Shown piece after piece: positions 1 to 10,624 of a stretch of DNA of 64,000 nt. A program made the translations under genes and the position numbers. Below the pieces are notes generated by a model. It was given only the letters and a program-made list of their open reading frames with translations, did no database searches and was not told the origin of the DNA. The stretch comes from Chiloscyllium plagiosum. Lineage: Eukaryota. The first letter of the stretch is position 1; each line of letters begins with the position of its first letter. The stretch lies in the NCBI RefSeq assembly GCF_004010195.1, contig NC_057753.1, positions 7,188,130 to 7,252,129 on the forward strand. Direction: 5' to 3'.

Positions 1-2400
1 CCCCTCAAAACTCGAATACTTTACTTCAATCAACGATTAATGGCTCCAAACCACGAAAATGAAACAGGTGATCATGTCGTTCTGTTCTCTAATGTGAGAG
101 AGATGACTGGTGGTGGTTTACCCCTGAGATTCAGGGCACCTCAGACATGGAGAGAGGTTAAGAAAGAGAGTCATTCATGCTGACTTCATGTCTTATGCTA
201 AACTGCCCTGTTGATCTCAATGTGCATTGCAAACAAAGCATCGAACCAACTAAAATAATCGACACTGTCCCAGAAGGTAGTTTGTTAATGCATGTATAAA
301 CAGGAGAGTCATTATATGGCTGAAACCTACATTAAAACAAATAAATATAAAAGGTTTAATTTAGGCAACATGATGACGTTCTACAAAAGCTGTTGAAAAG
401 TGCTTCTGGCCAACAAGAATATTTCATGAGCAGAATATTTCTTTCCTCAGGAGCAAATGCCACAAATCCTGCTTCTGCCGAGATACCACAGTTGGAGATA
501 TCCACTCGGTGGTGTCGCTGTAGTCTGGAACTACCAACAGAAAATATTCAGTTTGTGCGTGCATCTGCTGCTTTAAAGTGATCACAAGATCACAATATTT
601 CTCAAAAGACTCTTTGTTTAAAATAGTGCCAGATGAAAATGATTCACGATTCATGAGATATGCTCCAACGAGGTGGATTCCTGAAGGAAATAAAAAAAAG
701 CTAGTACTTTCCAGGTGACTCAGCCGCACAAGATTCGCTTCAAATTAAGTTCGTTGAGGGGCATCTGTCTTGAATCAGTGCTCACGCAGTTTTGTTCTGG
801 AGCGAGAATTACTCTCTGGCCCGTTAATGTTGCCTCTCTCTTTTCTCTCAAAGGACACATTTCACTCCTGAAACTATTCCACCGAAGCTACATTCCTCTT
901 TTGTCCAGTAGACTGTGGAGGGCATAGTGCACACGATAATGTGGTACAATATCCCTGAGATGTTCCGACTTGACTCCCAAGCCCTCCAATCTCATTGTCC
1001 GGGACATCCCTCTGTCTGTTCAACAAATCCTTGAACAGGATTGTGCACAGTCTTCCCTTAATTCTTATCAATCCGAGAATTCCTTACCAATGTGATCATG
1101 TTTCTTCCCCATGATTTGCATCCTTCAACTCTACCTGCACAGCTTAGCACAGATGTGAATATAGGAATGATTTGAATCTGTAATCCCAGAATAACATCGC
1201 AGTAACTTAATACCTCACGGTACAGAAAAAAAATAAACTCACAAGATTCCTTGAAAATGCTGGCGAGTGTTAGAAAAATGATCTTCAACATTAGGCAGAT
1301 GTTCTTAGAAAATGCCCAAAGAATTCTGACAATTTCTGCTTTTGTTCAGATTATACTGCAATTAGGTAAGCTGTCAGAAAACGGCATACGGAATGATGAA
1401 ATTGATAATCAATTTTAAAAAAAAACTTGCACAAGATTATCTGGACTGCATTTCGTTTTGAAGTCTCGATCAAATTACTTCAGGCATGCAACATTCATGA
1501 TTCTGATTCGGAATCTGATTGCAGTCATAATCTAAACGTCATGCAACTCTTCTGGTTTGATACAACCCTTGTCTGCCTTGACATATCAAGTACACTTTTA
1601 AATACTTCTTTACTGTTCGAAGTATGTCTATCTTTTCTCCAAATAGGGATCGTGAGATCAACGTTCCACTATTTGAGTGATTCTTTTCCCTCACATTTCG
1701 TGTAACTTCTGCGGTTACTTGCTTTCTGTCCATCCTCCCCGCCCTCTAACGGATCCCTTCACCATTTTTTTCCTATCTTCGATGGCTATGTCCCTCATTT
1801 TTTGATATTTCTTTACACTTTATACGTCCCCCCAAATCTACCCTGCTCCAAGGTCATAAAAACCGTCTGCCAATGTACTCCAAAATTACAACTCCAGAAA
1901 CTAGAAATGTTAATCTTTTCTGAACCATTTCAGTTGAAATTATATCGCTCCAAAAGCTTTCAGTACTCTAACGGTGGTCTTATTTTTCTTTGCAACATTT
2001 CAGGATACAGTGTTTTTTTATTCTTCCACACAGACAGTTCTCAACATCTGTAACCAACTACGCTGAAGATTGCTATAATCTAACCTTATCATTCTCAAAC
2101 TGTTTTGGATTCAAGGGATATGGCGGAAGGACAGCGCAATGAATGTTGGATCAGCCGTGATCCCATTGAATGAAAGAACAAACTCGAGGGTAGGAACAGC
2201 CTTTTTTATTAACATTAAATATGGTCGTATGGAACAAGACCAATTTTCGGTGTTGACAACAGAAAATCGGGGGATTAAAACAAAATTTGATGAATTCCTG
2301 TTTGATGGAATAATAAAACTTTTTTGTTCTGTTTTCTGTTATATTTATTCGATTCCCCCATGGAGTTACGGAAAGGGATGTCGGAGATTTTGTGCATGTC

Positions 2401-2497
2401 ATGCCAATGAGGTTTCGAACGATATTTAATACAATGTCACACAAAATGCTCTTGGGAGAAGTGAAGTCCTTGGAATTGAAAGGATAGTGAGATGGGT
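2401..2497 (+). promoter_or_regulatory. Conserved non-coding block upstream of the receptor genes (CCAAT and CTCTTGGGAGA motifs)
   Basis: I count 4 differences in 97 nt versus copy 2 (32155-32251), while the surrounding flank is visibly more diverged; also present at ~59172-59268 (-). Confidence 0.45.
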
Positions 2498-2795
2498 AGT
2501 ATCAGTTTGAACATTGTTACAGCTGACATTTACGTTTGTGGAAAGCTTTTGGGCACATGTCTGAAACTGGAGGGAAATAAAACATTGGAAAACTCAAATA
2601 AAGCATTGGATGTTAGAGAACTGTCACTTCGTAGGTCAGAAAAATAAAACCTTTTATTTAACTCACAGTTTGATCAGGGAGCCGACAATTTAACGGAAAA
2701 CATGGTTATCTCTTAAAAACGTGGTTTGTCTAATTAATTTAAACTAATGTGAGTGATGATATCACATGAATGACTCTCTGGAGACCTGATGCGTT

Positions 2796-2802
2796 TATAA
2801 AT
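2796..2802 (+). promoter_or_regulatory. Candidate TATA box (TATAAAT) ~70 nt upstream of the copy 1 ATG
   Basis: Conserved at the same position in copy 3 (minus strand, ~58867-58873); CATAAAT in copy 2. No transcript evidence. Confidence 0.4.
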
Positions 2803-2868
2803 GTAAGCACCTTGATCATGTACCAGCCACAGATATTCAGCACCGACCGAAGTAATTGATTCTTGAAT

Positions 2869-2938
2869 ATGGGGAAAACATGGATTTGGCTCATGAAAGA
2901 AATATGTTATCCGATTCTAGCAGTTATTTGCATTCCAG
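2869..2938 (+). CDS. GPR139-like class A GPCR, copy 1, coding exon 1 (MGKTWIWLMKEICYPILAVICIP, phase 1)
   Basis: ATG at 2869; 70 nt ending CCAG|GTAAAT donor. The same 70-nt exon is present in all three copies and splices in frame (G+CG=Ala) to exon 2, completing TM1 (YPILAVICIPANSMTILIL). Confidence 0.88.
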
Positions 2939-3199
2939 GTAAATCTTCCTAGTCTGTTTGTTTTTGAATCAGTGTTTTTCTTTCATGCTAATGCCCTATT
3001 CTGTAAAGATCCATTTGCCAATGCCAAAACAGTGTTATCACAACAAAATCAACAACGATTAGTGGGCATTTTCCTACTTCCTCAAAATATTACTGGTGTA
3101 ACAATAGTGTAATATAACTAACGTCTGCAATTTTGTTTTTCCTTAATCCTTGCACTGTCAGATTATAGTGGATAGAATACCGACAGTACTGCAATACGA

Positions 3200-3510
3200 A
3201 ACGGTCAGTAGCTCGTGGTTCGAACTGCTGCCTCACAGCACAACGGACCTGAGCACGATTCCATTTCGTTCCACAGTCTGGATATAGCTGGTTCTGGTTG
3301 CCTCCCACAGTGGAAAACTATGCGTGTTACGTGGATTGGCAGTGATAAATTGCCCATTGTGTGCTGGATGTTTAAATTAGGTGCATAAGCGTTCGATAAT
3401 CCACGGGAAACCTGATGAGACTCATGGGTCTTGATGGGCTGCTCTTTGGAGTGTCAGTGTGCAGTTGTTGGACTGAATGGCCTGTATTCACCTGTAATGA
3501 TGCTATGAAT
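3200..3510 (+). mobile_element. Degenerate HE1-like tRNA-derived SINE in the intron (homologues ~32975-33310 +, ~58160-58460 -)
   Basis: GTGGTT..ACTGCTGCCTCACAGC head, GTGGATTGGC..AAATTGCCC core, TTGTTGGACTGAATGGCCTGT tail. Confidence 0.65.
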
Positions 3511-3939
3511 TACATGGCTTGTGTTCAAATGTTGGCAGTAAGTATCTTCACATGCATTTCAATCATTCATTGATACATTGATATAAATGTGTGTTGATGC
3601 AATAGTGATCTATTTGCTGGATTATTAATGCAGAGACTCAGATGATGTTCTGGACTGTTGCGTACGAATTCCGACACAGTCAGCCTTGCGTTTTGAATTT
3701 CTGAACAATATAGAAATAATGCAATGCTGGCACACACATATATAAGCCTAAATGGTGAATTTGCGGTCGCAGAATTGTATCTGTAGATACATTGTACTCT
3801 GTTAAAAAAGTACGTAACGTGCAGACAATCATTTTTTTAAAAACAATCCATGGAACATTTTATGAATTCCTACTTTGTAATAGAGCCATTCTGACACAAG
3901 GTTTGAATACTTATGGACTCTAACCTCGCACTGCAAATG

Positions 3940-4295
3940 TATTGCCCGAACTGAGATGTCATTGTTTATACGAACACCTTATGTTAACTCGGGAATGTGA
4001 CTTGTAAAAAGTTCTGAGGTTTACATTATAATGAATCGAAAACTGCAAACCTTTCTCAAATATGAAAGACTTAACACCAATCTAGGTTTGTTCAGTATGA
4101 CTCATCAGTGTATGACATTTTGATCTTTTGTGATAAATTCTACGTCCAATGATCGTACTCCATGATGTTCATGATGAAGGAGCAGGGTTTCGAAGGCTTG
4201 TACTTTCAAATAAACCTGTTGTAACAAAGCCGGTGTCGTGTAATTTAAGACAAAAATCATCCACCACAGTCGAACACTGAGATCTCCGCATCATA
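3940..4295 (+). mobile_element. Old Penelope-like terminal fragment with a decayed hammerhead-type motif (homologues ~33760-34100 +, ~57234-57590 -)
   Basis: TGATGAAGGAGCAGGGTTTCGAAGGCTTG...AAATAAACCTGTTG resembles the CTGATGA-stem-GAAA terminal motif of the younger Penelope-like elements here; family assignment is by recognition only. Confidence 0.45.
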
Positions 4296-4520
4296 ATCCA
4301 ATGACGACAAGATATCCATCGCTGATTATTGAGAAAACCATAGTGAGGTAACTAACGTCCGTTATGAAAGTTAAGTACCATCCCCACCTCTTCAGGCCGA
4401 TGCATAACATTATATTTTTCTCGTAATTTAGCTTTGGAGAATGAGACATGTGCAATGAGTGCCAGCTGAGCGCGTGACACCGTCATCCAATGAATGATTT
4501 CTTTTTTCAAAATACTGACC

Positions 4521-5507
4521 ACTTACTAGCGGCGTACCGCAAGGGTCGGTGTTGGATCCACTGCTATCCACTGCTTTCTAAATGACCTGGATGAGGGCTT
4601 AGGAGGATGGTTTAGTAAATTTACGGACGACACGAAGGTAGGTGGAGTTGTGGGTAGTGACGAAGGATGTAGGTTACAGAGAGACATAGATAAGATGTCG
4701 AGCTGGGCTAAGAGACGGCAAATGGAGTTTAATGTGGACAAGGGTGATGTGATACACTTTGGACGGAGTAATCGGAATGCAAAGTACTCAGCTAATGGTA
4801 AGATTTTTGGGAGTGCAGATGAGCAGGGAGATCTCGGTGTCCAGGTACACAGATCCTTCAAAGATGCCACCGAGATTGACAGGGTTGTTAAGAAGGCATA
4901 CTGTGTTTTGGCCTTTATAAATCGAGGGATTGAGTTCCGGAACCAGGAGGCTATGCTGCAGCTCTGGCACGGCCACACTTAGAGTATTGTGTACAGTTCT
5001 GGTCACCACATTATAAGATGGATGTGGAAGCTTTGAAAAGGTTACAGAGGACATTTAATCGGATATTGCCTGGTGTGGAAGGAATGTCTTTGAGGAAAGT
5101 CTGATGTCCTTGAGGCTGTTCTCATTCGAGAGAAGAAGGTTGAGAGGTGACTTAATAGAGACATAGAAGATATTCAGAGGGTTAGGTAGGGTGGACAGGG
5201 AGAGCTCTTTTCCAAGTATGGGAACAGCAAACACGAGGGGACAAAACTTTAAAGTGAGAGGAGACAGATGTCAGAGGTAGTTTCTTTACGCAGAGAGTAG
5301 TAAGGGCATCGAATGCTTTGCCTGCAACGGTAGTAGATACGCCAAGTTTAACTGCACTAAAGTCGTCATTGGACAGGCATATGGATTTACAGGGAATAGT
5401 GGAGGTGGGATGGGCTTCAGATTAGTATGACATGGTGGCGCCACATCGAGTGCCAAAGGGCCTGTACTGCGCGTTAATGTACGATGTTCTATGTTCTATA
5501 TGTTCTA
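4521..5507 (+). mobile_element. 5'-truncated CR1/HER1-like LINE in the intron of copy 1
   Basis: RT C-terminal peptides (KFTDDTKVGG, QMEFNVDK, HFGRSN, VKKAYCVLAFINRGIE) and a (GTTCTAT)n tail; absent from copy 2; flanked by TGACC/TCACC. Confidence 0.9.
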
Positions 5508-5531
5508 TCACCTTCTCATTCTCTCTTTCAG

Positions 5532-6430
5532 CGAATTCGATGACGATTTTGATTCTCTTGAGAGGCGATTGTGGTCTTTCCAAGTGTATCTCGGTTTACA
5601 TGGTGGCTATGGCAACTTCAGATCTATTGGCCATTATCATTAATTCTGTGGTGTATCGCATTTTGAACTATTATTTTCCATTTTCCTTCCTGTCTCACAC
5701 ACCTGTATGCTTATTCATTGTATGCATGAGTGCCATCACTCTCGATCTAACTGTTTGGTTCACCGTTACATTCACATTTGACAGATTTGTGATGATTTGT
5801 TGTCAGGAGTTTAAAAGAAAGTATTGCACAAAAAGAACCGCAATCACATTATTAATAATCGTCTCAGCCCTGATCCTGTTAAAGAATATTCCGGCTTTGT
5901 TTGCATATGAGCCTGAGAAGATCATTGAAAGAGTCCAGTGGGGCTGTAGAACAAAAGCAACTTTCTTAGCTTCACCTCTTGGGATGACGTTTGTCTGGTT
6001 TTACAGCGCCTCTGTTGCTTGGATTCCATTTCTGCTAATATTCGTGTTCAATTCTTTAACCGTCTACCGCATTTTCGTAGCAAATAGAAGGCGTATTGGA
6101 CTTCAGGGACACAGAAATGAGAATCATAGCACTTCAGTGGTCGAGAACCGGAGGAAATCTATCATTTTATTATTCTCTGTGTCAATCAGCTTCATCGTGC
6201 TTTGGTTGACATATTCCCTATGTTTGGCCATCACCAGAGTGTCACACCCTAATTATTACCGAGGCGACTTCACAAACCCTGAATATATCGCAACGGAAAT
6301 AGGAAATATCCTGAAGCTGCTGAGTTGTTTCCTTAATCCATGCATTTATGCAGCAACACAGAACAAATTCAGGGAATCGCTGCTGAATATGATGAAACTT
6401 ATATGGAAACAAATCCTCAGCATATGTTAA
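5532..6430 (+). CDS. GPR139-like class A GPCR, copy 1, coding exon 2 (spliced product 322 aa, intact 7TM)
   Basis: Pyrimidine tract plus TTTCAG acceptor at 5531; open for 899 nt to TAA. Motifs: TM2 MATSDLL, TM3 Cys (PVC) and FTFDRF, ECL2 WGC, ENRRKSIILL before TM6, TM7 NPCIY, helix 8 TQNKFR. The family label is by resemblance to elasmobranch 'probable GPR139' paralogues, not orthology. Confidence 0.9.
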
Positions 6431-7004
6431 AATGTATAATCAGAGTGGTTACTTTCAATGTACAACAACGTAGCTGAGTTTTCGTTTCATTTATTTCTAA
6501 AACAATAGGTTTTTCTTCGACTCTGTTAATGTACATTTTAAAAAAGTTGTCAGCTTATATTTCTTAGTTTTGCTGTGGGATGATTTATTCTGAATATTTT
6601 TTAGTTCTTTATAATTTTTTGTGTTTTTACAAATAATATATTCGTTCAAAGGGAACAAATTTCAACTTTGTGAATCAATATTTTTAAAAAGTATAATGAA
6701 GGCGATAGTGCTGTCTCACCTATGAATTAATATCAAAGGAATCTGAGCACATAACAGTATCCAATTTGACAGTTTTGCCTTTAAGTTTGGACTGGAAACA
6801 ATCCAAGATTACTGTCTTGCTTGACAATTCAACTAATGTGTGTGTTTGTGTAAGAGATGTGTTTGCTTGCGTGTTTGTGTTAATATTTGTGCTTGTTTGA
6901 AATGATTAACTACACTGAACCATGAAGTTTCTTTTTGGCAATGTGAGTAGACAGAATAGCTCTGCAGATTCGAGACAACTTCTTAGTTCTTATTCTGTAC
7001 GGAG

Positions 7005-7220
7005 AGTCAAAAACCTGACTTTCACAGAGCTGAGAGTGCGTTGCTGGAAAAAGCAATGAAGGTAAGGCAGCATCCGAGGAGTGTGAACACTCTGGGTCTG
7101 GTCCGAAACGTCTATTTTCATGCTCTGAGGATGCCGTCTGACCTGCTGTGCTTTTCCAGCAACACATTCTCAACTCTGATCTTAGCATCTGCAGCCCTCA
7201 CTGCCTCCCTGACTTTCACA
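7005..7220. mobile_element. Short Penelope-derived inverted-repeat element in the downstream flank (homologues ~15250-15410, ~36065-36250, ~53465-53650)
   Basis: TGTTGCTGGAAAA...GGCAGCATCC arm and inverted GGATGCTGCCTGACCTGCTGTGCTTTTCCAGCAACAC arm, with CCGAAACGTC remnant and AGCATCTGCAG..CTCACT end. Confidence 0.6.
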
Positions 7221-7544
7221 GCGCGTCATTAAGCAAAACCACTCTGATGAGCCAACACTCAGATGAGACCGAAATTATTGTAGACTGCAAGTAGTCAGCC
7301 AGAAACACAGACAAAATTGAGATAGGAGCTGAAGAATATGGTGAAATCTCTACAGAGATAATCTGAAGACTTGATAAAAATGCGGACGAACATATATGTT
7401 TTATCAAAAGGCTCCTTGATAATTAGTTTCAACTCTTTTACTGTCATCCTTACTGACTGAAAACCTAAAAGAAAAGATTGCACGTTGTGTTTTGCGTGCA
7501 CATTCTTTTGAATTCCTATTGGATATTTGCTGTGGGTGACTTTA

Positions 7545-9349
7545 GAACAAAGTAAAAAGAACAGAGAGATTTTACAGCCCAGGAACAGACCCTTCGGACC
7601 GCCAAGCCTGAGACGATCCAAATTTATTGTCTTAACCTGTCGGTCACTTCCTATGCATTTGTATTCCTCTGCTCCCCACCTATTGAATCATCTGTCCAGA
7701 TGCATATTAAATGAATCTGCCGTGCCTGCCTCTACCACCTCTGCTGTTCCAAATGCCCACCACCCTCTGTGTGATACACTTGCCGCGTGTATCCCTCTTA
7801 AACTTTCCACATCTCAGCTTGAAAGCGAGACCTCTCGTTACTGAATTCTTCACCCTGGGAAAAAAAAGCTTGTTTCTATCCACCCAGTCTGTACCCTTCA
7901 TGATTTTGTAAACCTCAATCAGATCCCCCCTCAATCTCCTTTCTTCGAGTGAAGATAAACCTAACCTACTCAAACTCTCTTCATAGCTCGAACCTTACAT
8001 ACCAGGCAACATCCTCATAAACTTTCTCTGTACCCTCTCCAAAGCCCCCACATCCTTTTGGTAATTTTGGTGACCAGAACTGTACGTAGTATTTGAAAAT
8101 GCAGCCGAACAAATGTCTTGTACAATTTTAACACGACTTGCCAGCTCTTATGCTCAATACCTCGTCCAATGAAGGCAAGCATGCTATAAGACTGCATGAT
8201 CACACCATCCACCTGTACAGCAACCTTCAGGGTACAATGAACCTGCACTGCTAGATCTCTCTGCCCAATAACTTTTCGCTATGGTATTAGACTTGCCTAA
8301 ATGCATCACTTCACATTTGTCTGGATTGAAAGCCATTTGCCACTTTTCTGCCCAACCCTCCAGTCTATCCATATTCTTCTGTATTCTCTGACAGTCCCGA
8401 ATGTTTTCTGCTATACCACCAATCTTGGTGTCGTCTGCAAACTTGCTGATAATACCAACAGTGCCCTCTTCTCGATCATAACGTATATTATACACAACAG
8501 TGGCCTCAATACTGACCCCTCTGGAACACCACTTGTCCGCTTTCTTCATTTCGAGAAACTCTCTTCAACTACGACTCTCTGTCTCCTGTGTCTCAACCAG
8601 ATCTTTATCCTCCTAGCTAGAACACCCTGCAGGCCATGTGATATCGCTTTTTCCATTAGTCTGCAATGGTGAACCTTATCAAACGCCTTACTAAAGTCCA
8701 TGTATATGACATCAACATCCCTTCCTTCATCTAACAACTTGGTCACTTCCTCGAAGAACTCTATCAAGTTAGTAGGGCACGATCTTCCCTACACAAAGCC
8801 ATGTTGCCCATCACTGATAATCTCATTCCTTTCCAAATATAAATGGATCCTATCTCTGAGTACGCTCTCCAGCATCGTCCCAACAAGGACGTCATGTTCA
8901 CTGGTGTGTAGTTACCTGGAATATGCCTACTACCCTTCTTGTTCAGGGGGACAAAATGAGCAATCTTCCAGTCCATCAGCAACGCACTGGTGTTTAAGGA
9001 TGCAATAAAGATTTATGTCAGGACCCCAGCTATTTTCTCCTTTGCCTGCCTCAGCAACGTGGGATAGATCCTATCCTGGCCTGGCGATTTAGGCACGTAA
9101 AAAAAACCGAGCATACCGAACACAACTACCCTATTTATGCCAACGTGATCGAGACTAATCCAACTTTTATCTCTAATCTCAAGATTCGACAAATTTCTCT
9201 CCTCATTGAACACTGATACAAAGTTATCATTCAGAATCTCACACATTATCTCAGGTCCGGCACGCAGCCTTCCTTCATTATCTTTTAGTGGACCAATCCT
9301 TTCCTGAGTTACCCGTTTGCTTCTGATATAAGAATAAAATGCTTTGTGA
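7545..9349 (-). mobile_element. CR1-like LINE ORF2 fragment, frameshifted, running into the gap
   Basis: KAFYSYIRSKR, YMDFSKAFDKV, SKFADDTKIGG, LEERRLRGDLIEVYKIM in fragmented minus-strand ORFs. Confidence 0.9.
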
Positions 9350-9849
9350 NNNNNNNNNNNNNNNNNNNNNNNNNNNNNNNNNNNNNNNNNNNNNNNNNNN
9401 NNNNNNNNNNNNNNNNNNNNNNNNNNNNNNNNNNNNNNNNNNNNNNNNNNNNNNNNNNNNNNNNNNNNNNNNNNNNNNNNNNNNNNNNNNNNNNNNNNNN
9501 NNNNNNNNNNNNNNNNNNNNNNNNNNNNNNNNNNNNNNNNNNNNNNNNNNNNNNNNNNNNNNNNNNNNNNNNNNNNNNNNNNNNNNNNNNNNNNNNNNNN
9601 NNNNNNNNNNNNNNNNNNNNNNNNNNNNNNNNNNNNNNNNNNNNNNNNNNNNNNNNNNNNNNNNNNNNNNNNNNNNNNNNNNNNNNNNNNNNNNNNNNNN
9701 NNNNNNNNNNNNNNNNNNNNNNNNNNNNNNNNNNNNNNNNNNNNNNNNNNNNNNNNNNNNNNNNNNNNNNNNNNNNNNNNNNNNNNNNNNNNNNNNNNNN
9801 NNNNNNNNNNNNNNNNNNNNNNNNNNNNNNNNNNNNNNNNNNNNNNNNN
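9350..9849. other. Assembly gap (500 N)
   Basis: Run of N. Confidence 1.
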
Positions 9850-10329
9850 AGAAGGAGAAGGAATCGGCATGAAAGTGCTTCATTGGGTCCGCAGCAGCTT
9901 TTTTGCGTTCCAACCTAAAGCTTGAACAGAGCATTAAAAAAAAAACAGCTTGCCAAAACCAAACTAATCCGTGCCCTGAACTTTGAGAACTGGCCACTCC
10001 GTTCTCATTGCACAAGTGTCTAAATAAAAGCAAATATATGAAGACATTTCAGAACCTCTATGTTTATGCCACTCTGCATTAAAAAAAAAACAACGCGTAT
10101 AGAATACCATTTTAAAAGGGGCAGCATCGTCACAAGAGATATCTGAACTTTGCAAGTTAAACACTTACTTGGCAGGTGGAGTAAAGAGCATAAAGGAGTT
10201 AAAATGAGACATGACGTCCGGTCTCAAATATTACATTTCCATTTCCTTTTAACACCGGTCCCATTGTGGTTAGTTTTATGTTGCACTCTGATTCAGAGTG
10301 CTGAATTTCGCGTTGAAACCCAAAAATGT

Positions 10330-10622
10330 CGGTTAGTGACGTCATTACCTGTGATAATGCCATTTCCAGTGGTGACATAATTTTCTGTGGTGATGTCATT
10401 TCCCATAGTTGCGTCATTTCATGCTCTTTTTCTCAAGGGCTGGAATGTGAGAGCCTAGTCACTGTGCTTTTTGGTGATGTTGTCCCAGTCGAAGCGGTGC
10501 CCGTCGTCATGTGTATGTGGTTCATTTCGATCAGTGGCAAGTTGATGTTAAAGTATCCTCAGGGATGGTTATCAGCCTGTTTGTACAATATGGTATTTAG
10601 TGCGGTTCTTGCAAGGTATTTT
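10330..10622 (-). mobile_element. Penelope-like GIY-YIG endonuclease fragment (homologues ~22670-22900 -, ~41872-42170 +)
   Basis: The copy at 41878 (+) translates PCKNRTKYHIVQTGRKPSVRIHEHQFAT...GHRFVWDNI, matching the C-x2-C..YIGQTGR..RIHEH pattern of Penelope endonucleases. Confidence 0.7.
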
Positions 10623-10624
10623 AC

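Larger units (their letters stand above)
1..9349 (+). repeat. Segmental duplication cassette 1 (upstream flank, gene 1, downstream flank, CR1); inverted homologue at ~51300-61669
   Basis: Position 1 matches the reverse complement near 61669 and 9348 matches near 51300; colinear in between apart from intronic insertions and the exon 2 deletion. Confidence 0.9.

Noticed and set aside
393..2444. Short ORFs recurring in each upstream flank (e.g. QMHAQTEYFLLVVPDYS)
   Set aside because: Recurrence reflects the segmental duplication; frames and stops differ among copies and I recognise no domain.
5432..5531. N-terminal extensions of the ORF-track receptor ORFs (also 34551-34578 and 54793-54847)
   Set aside because: They are intron or LINE-tail read-through that differs between copies and lacks the first half of TM1; a conserved upstream exon with canonical splice sites supplies it.
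9013..10033. Long ORFs containing X runs (also 36498-37128 and 39492-39945)
   Set aside because: Artefacts of translating through N gaps.
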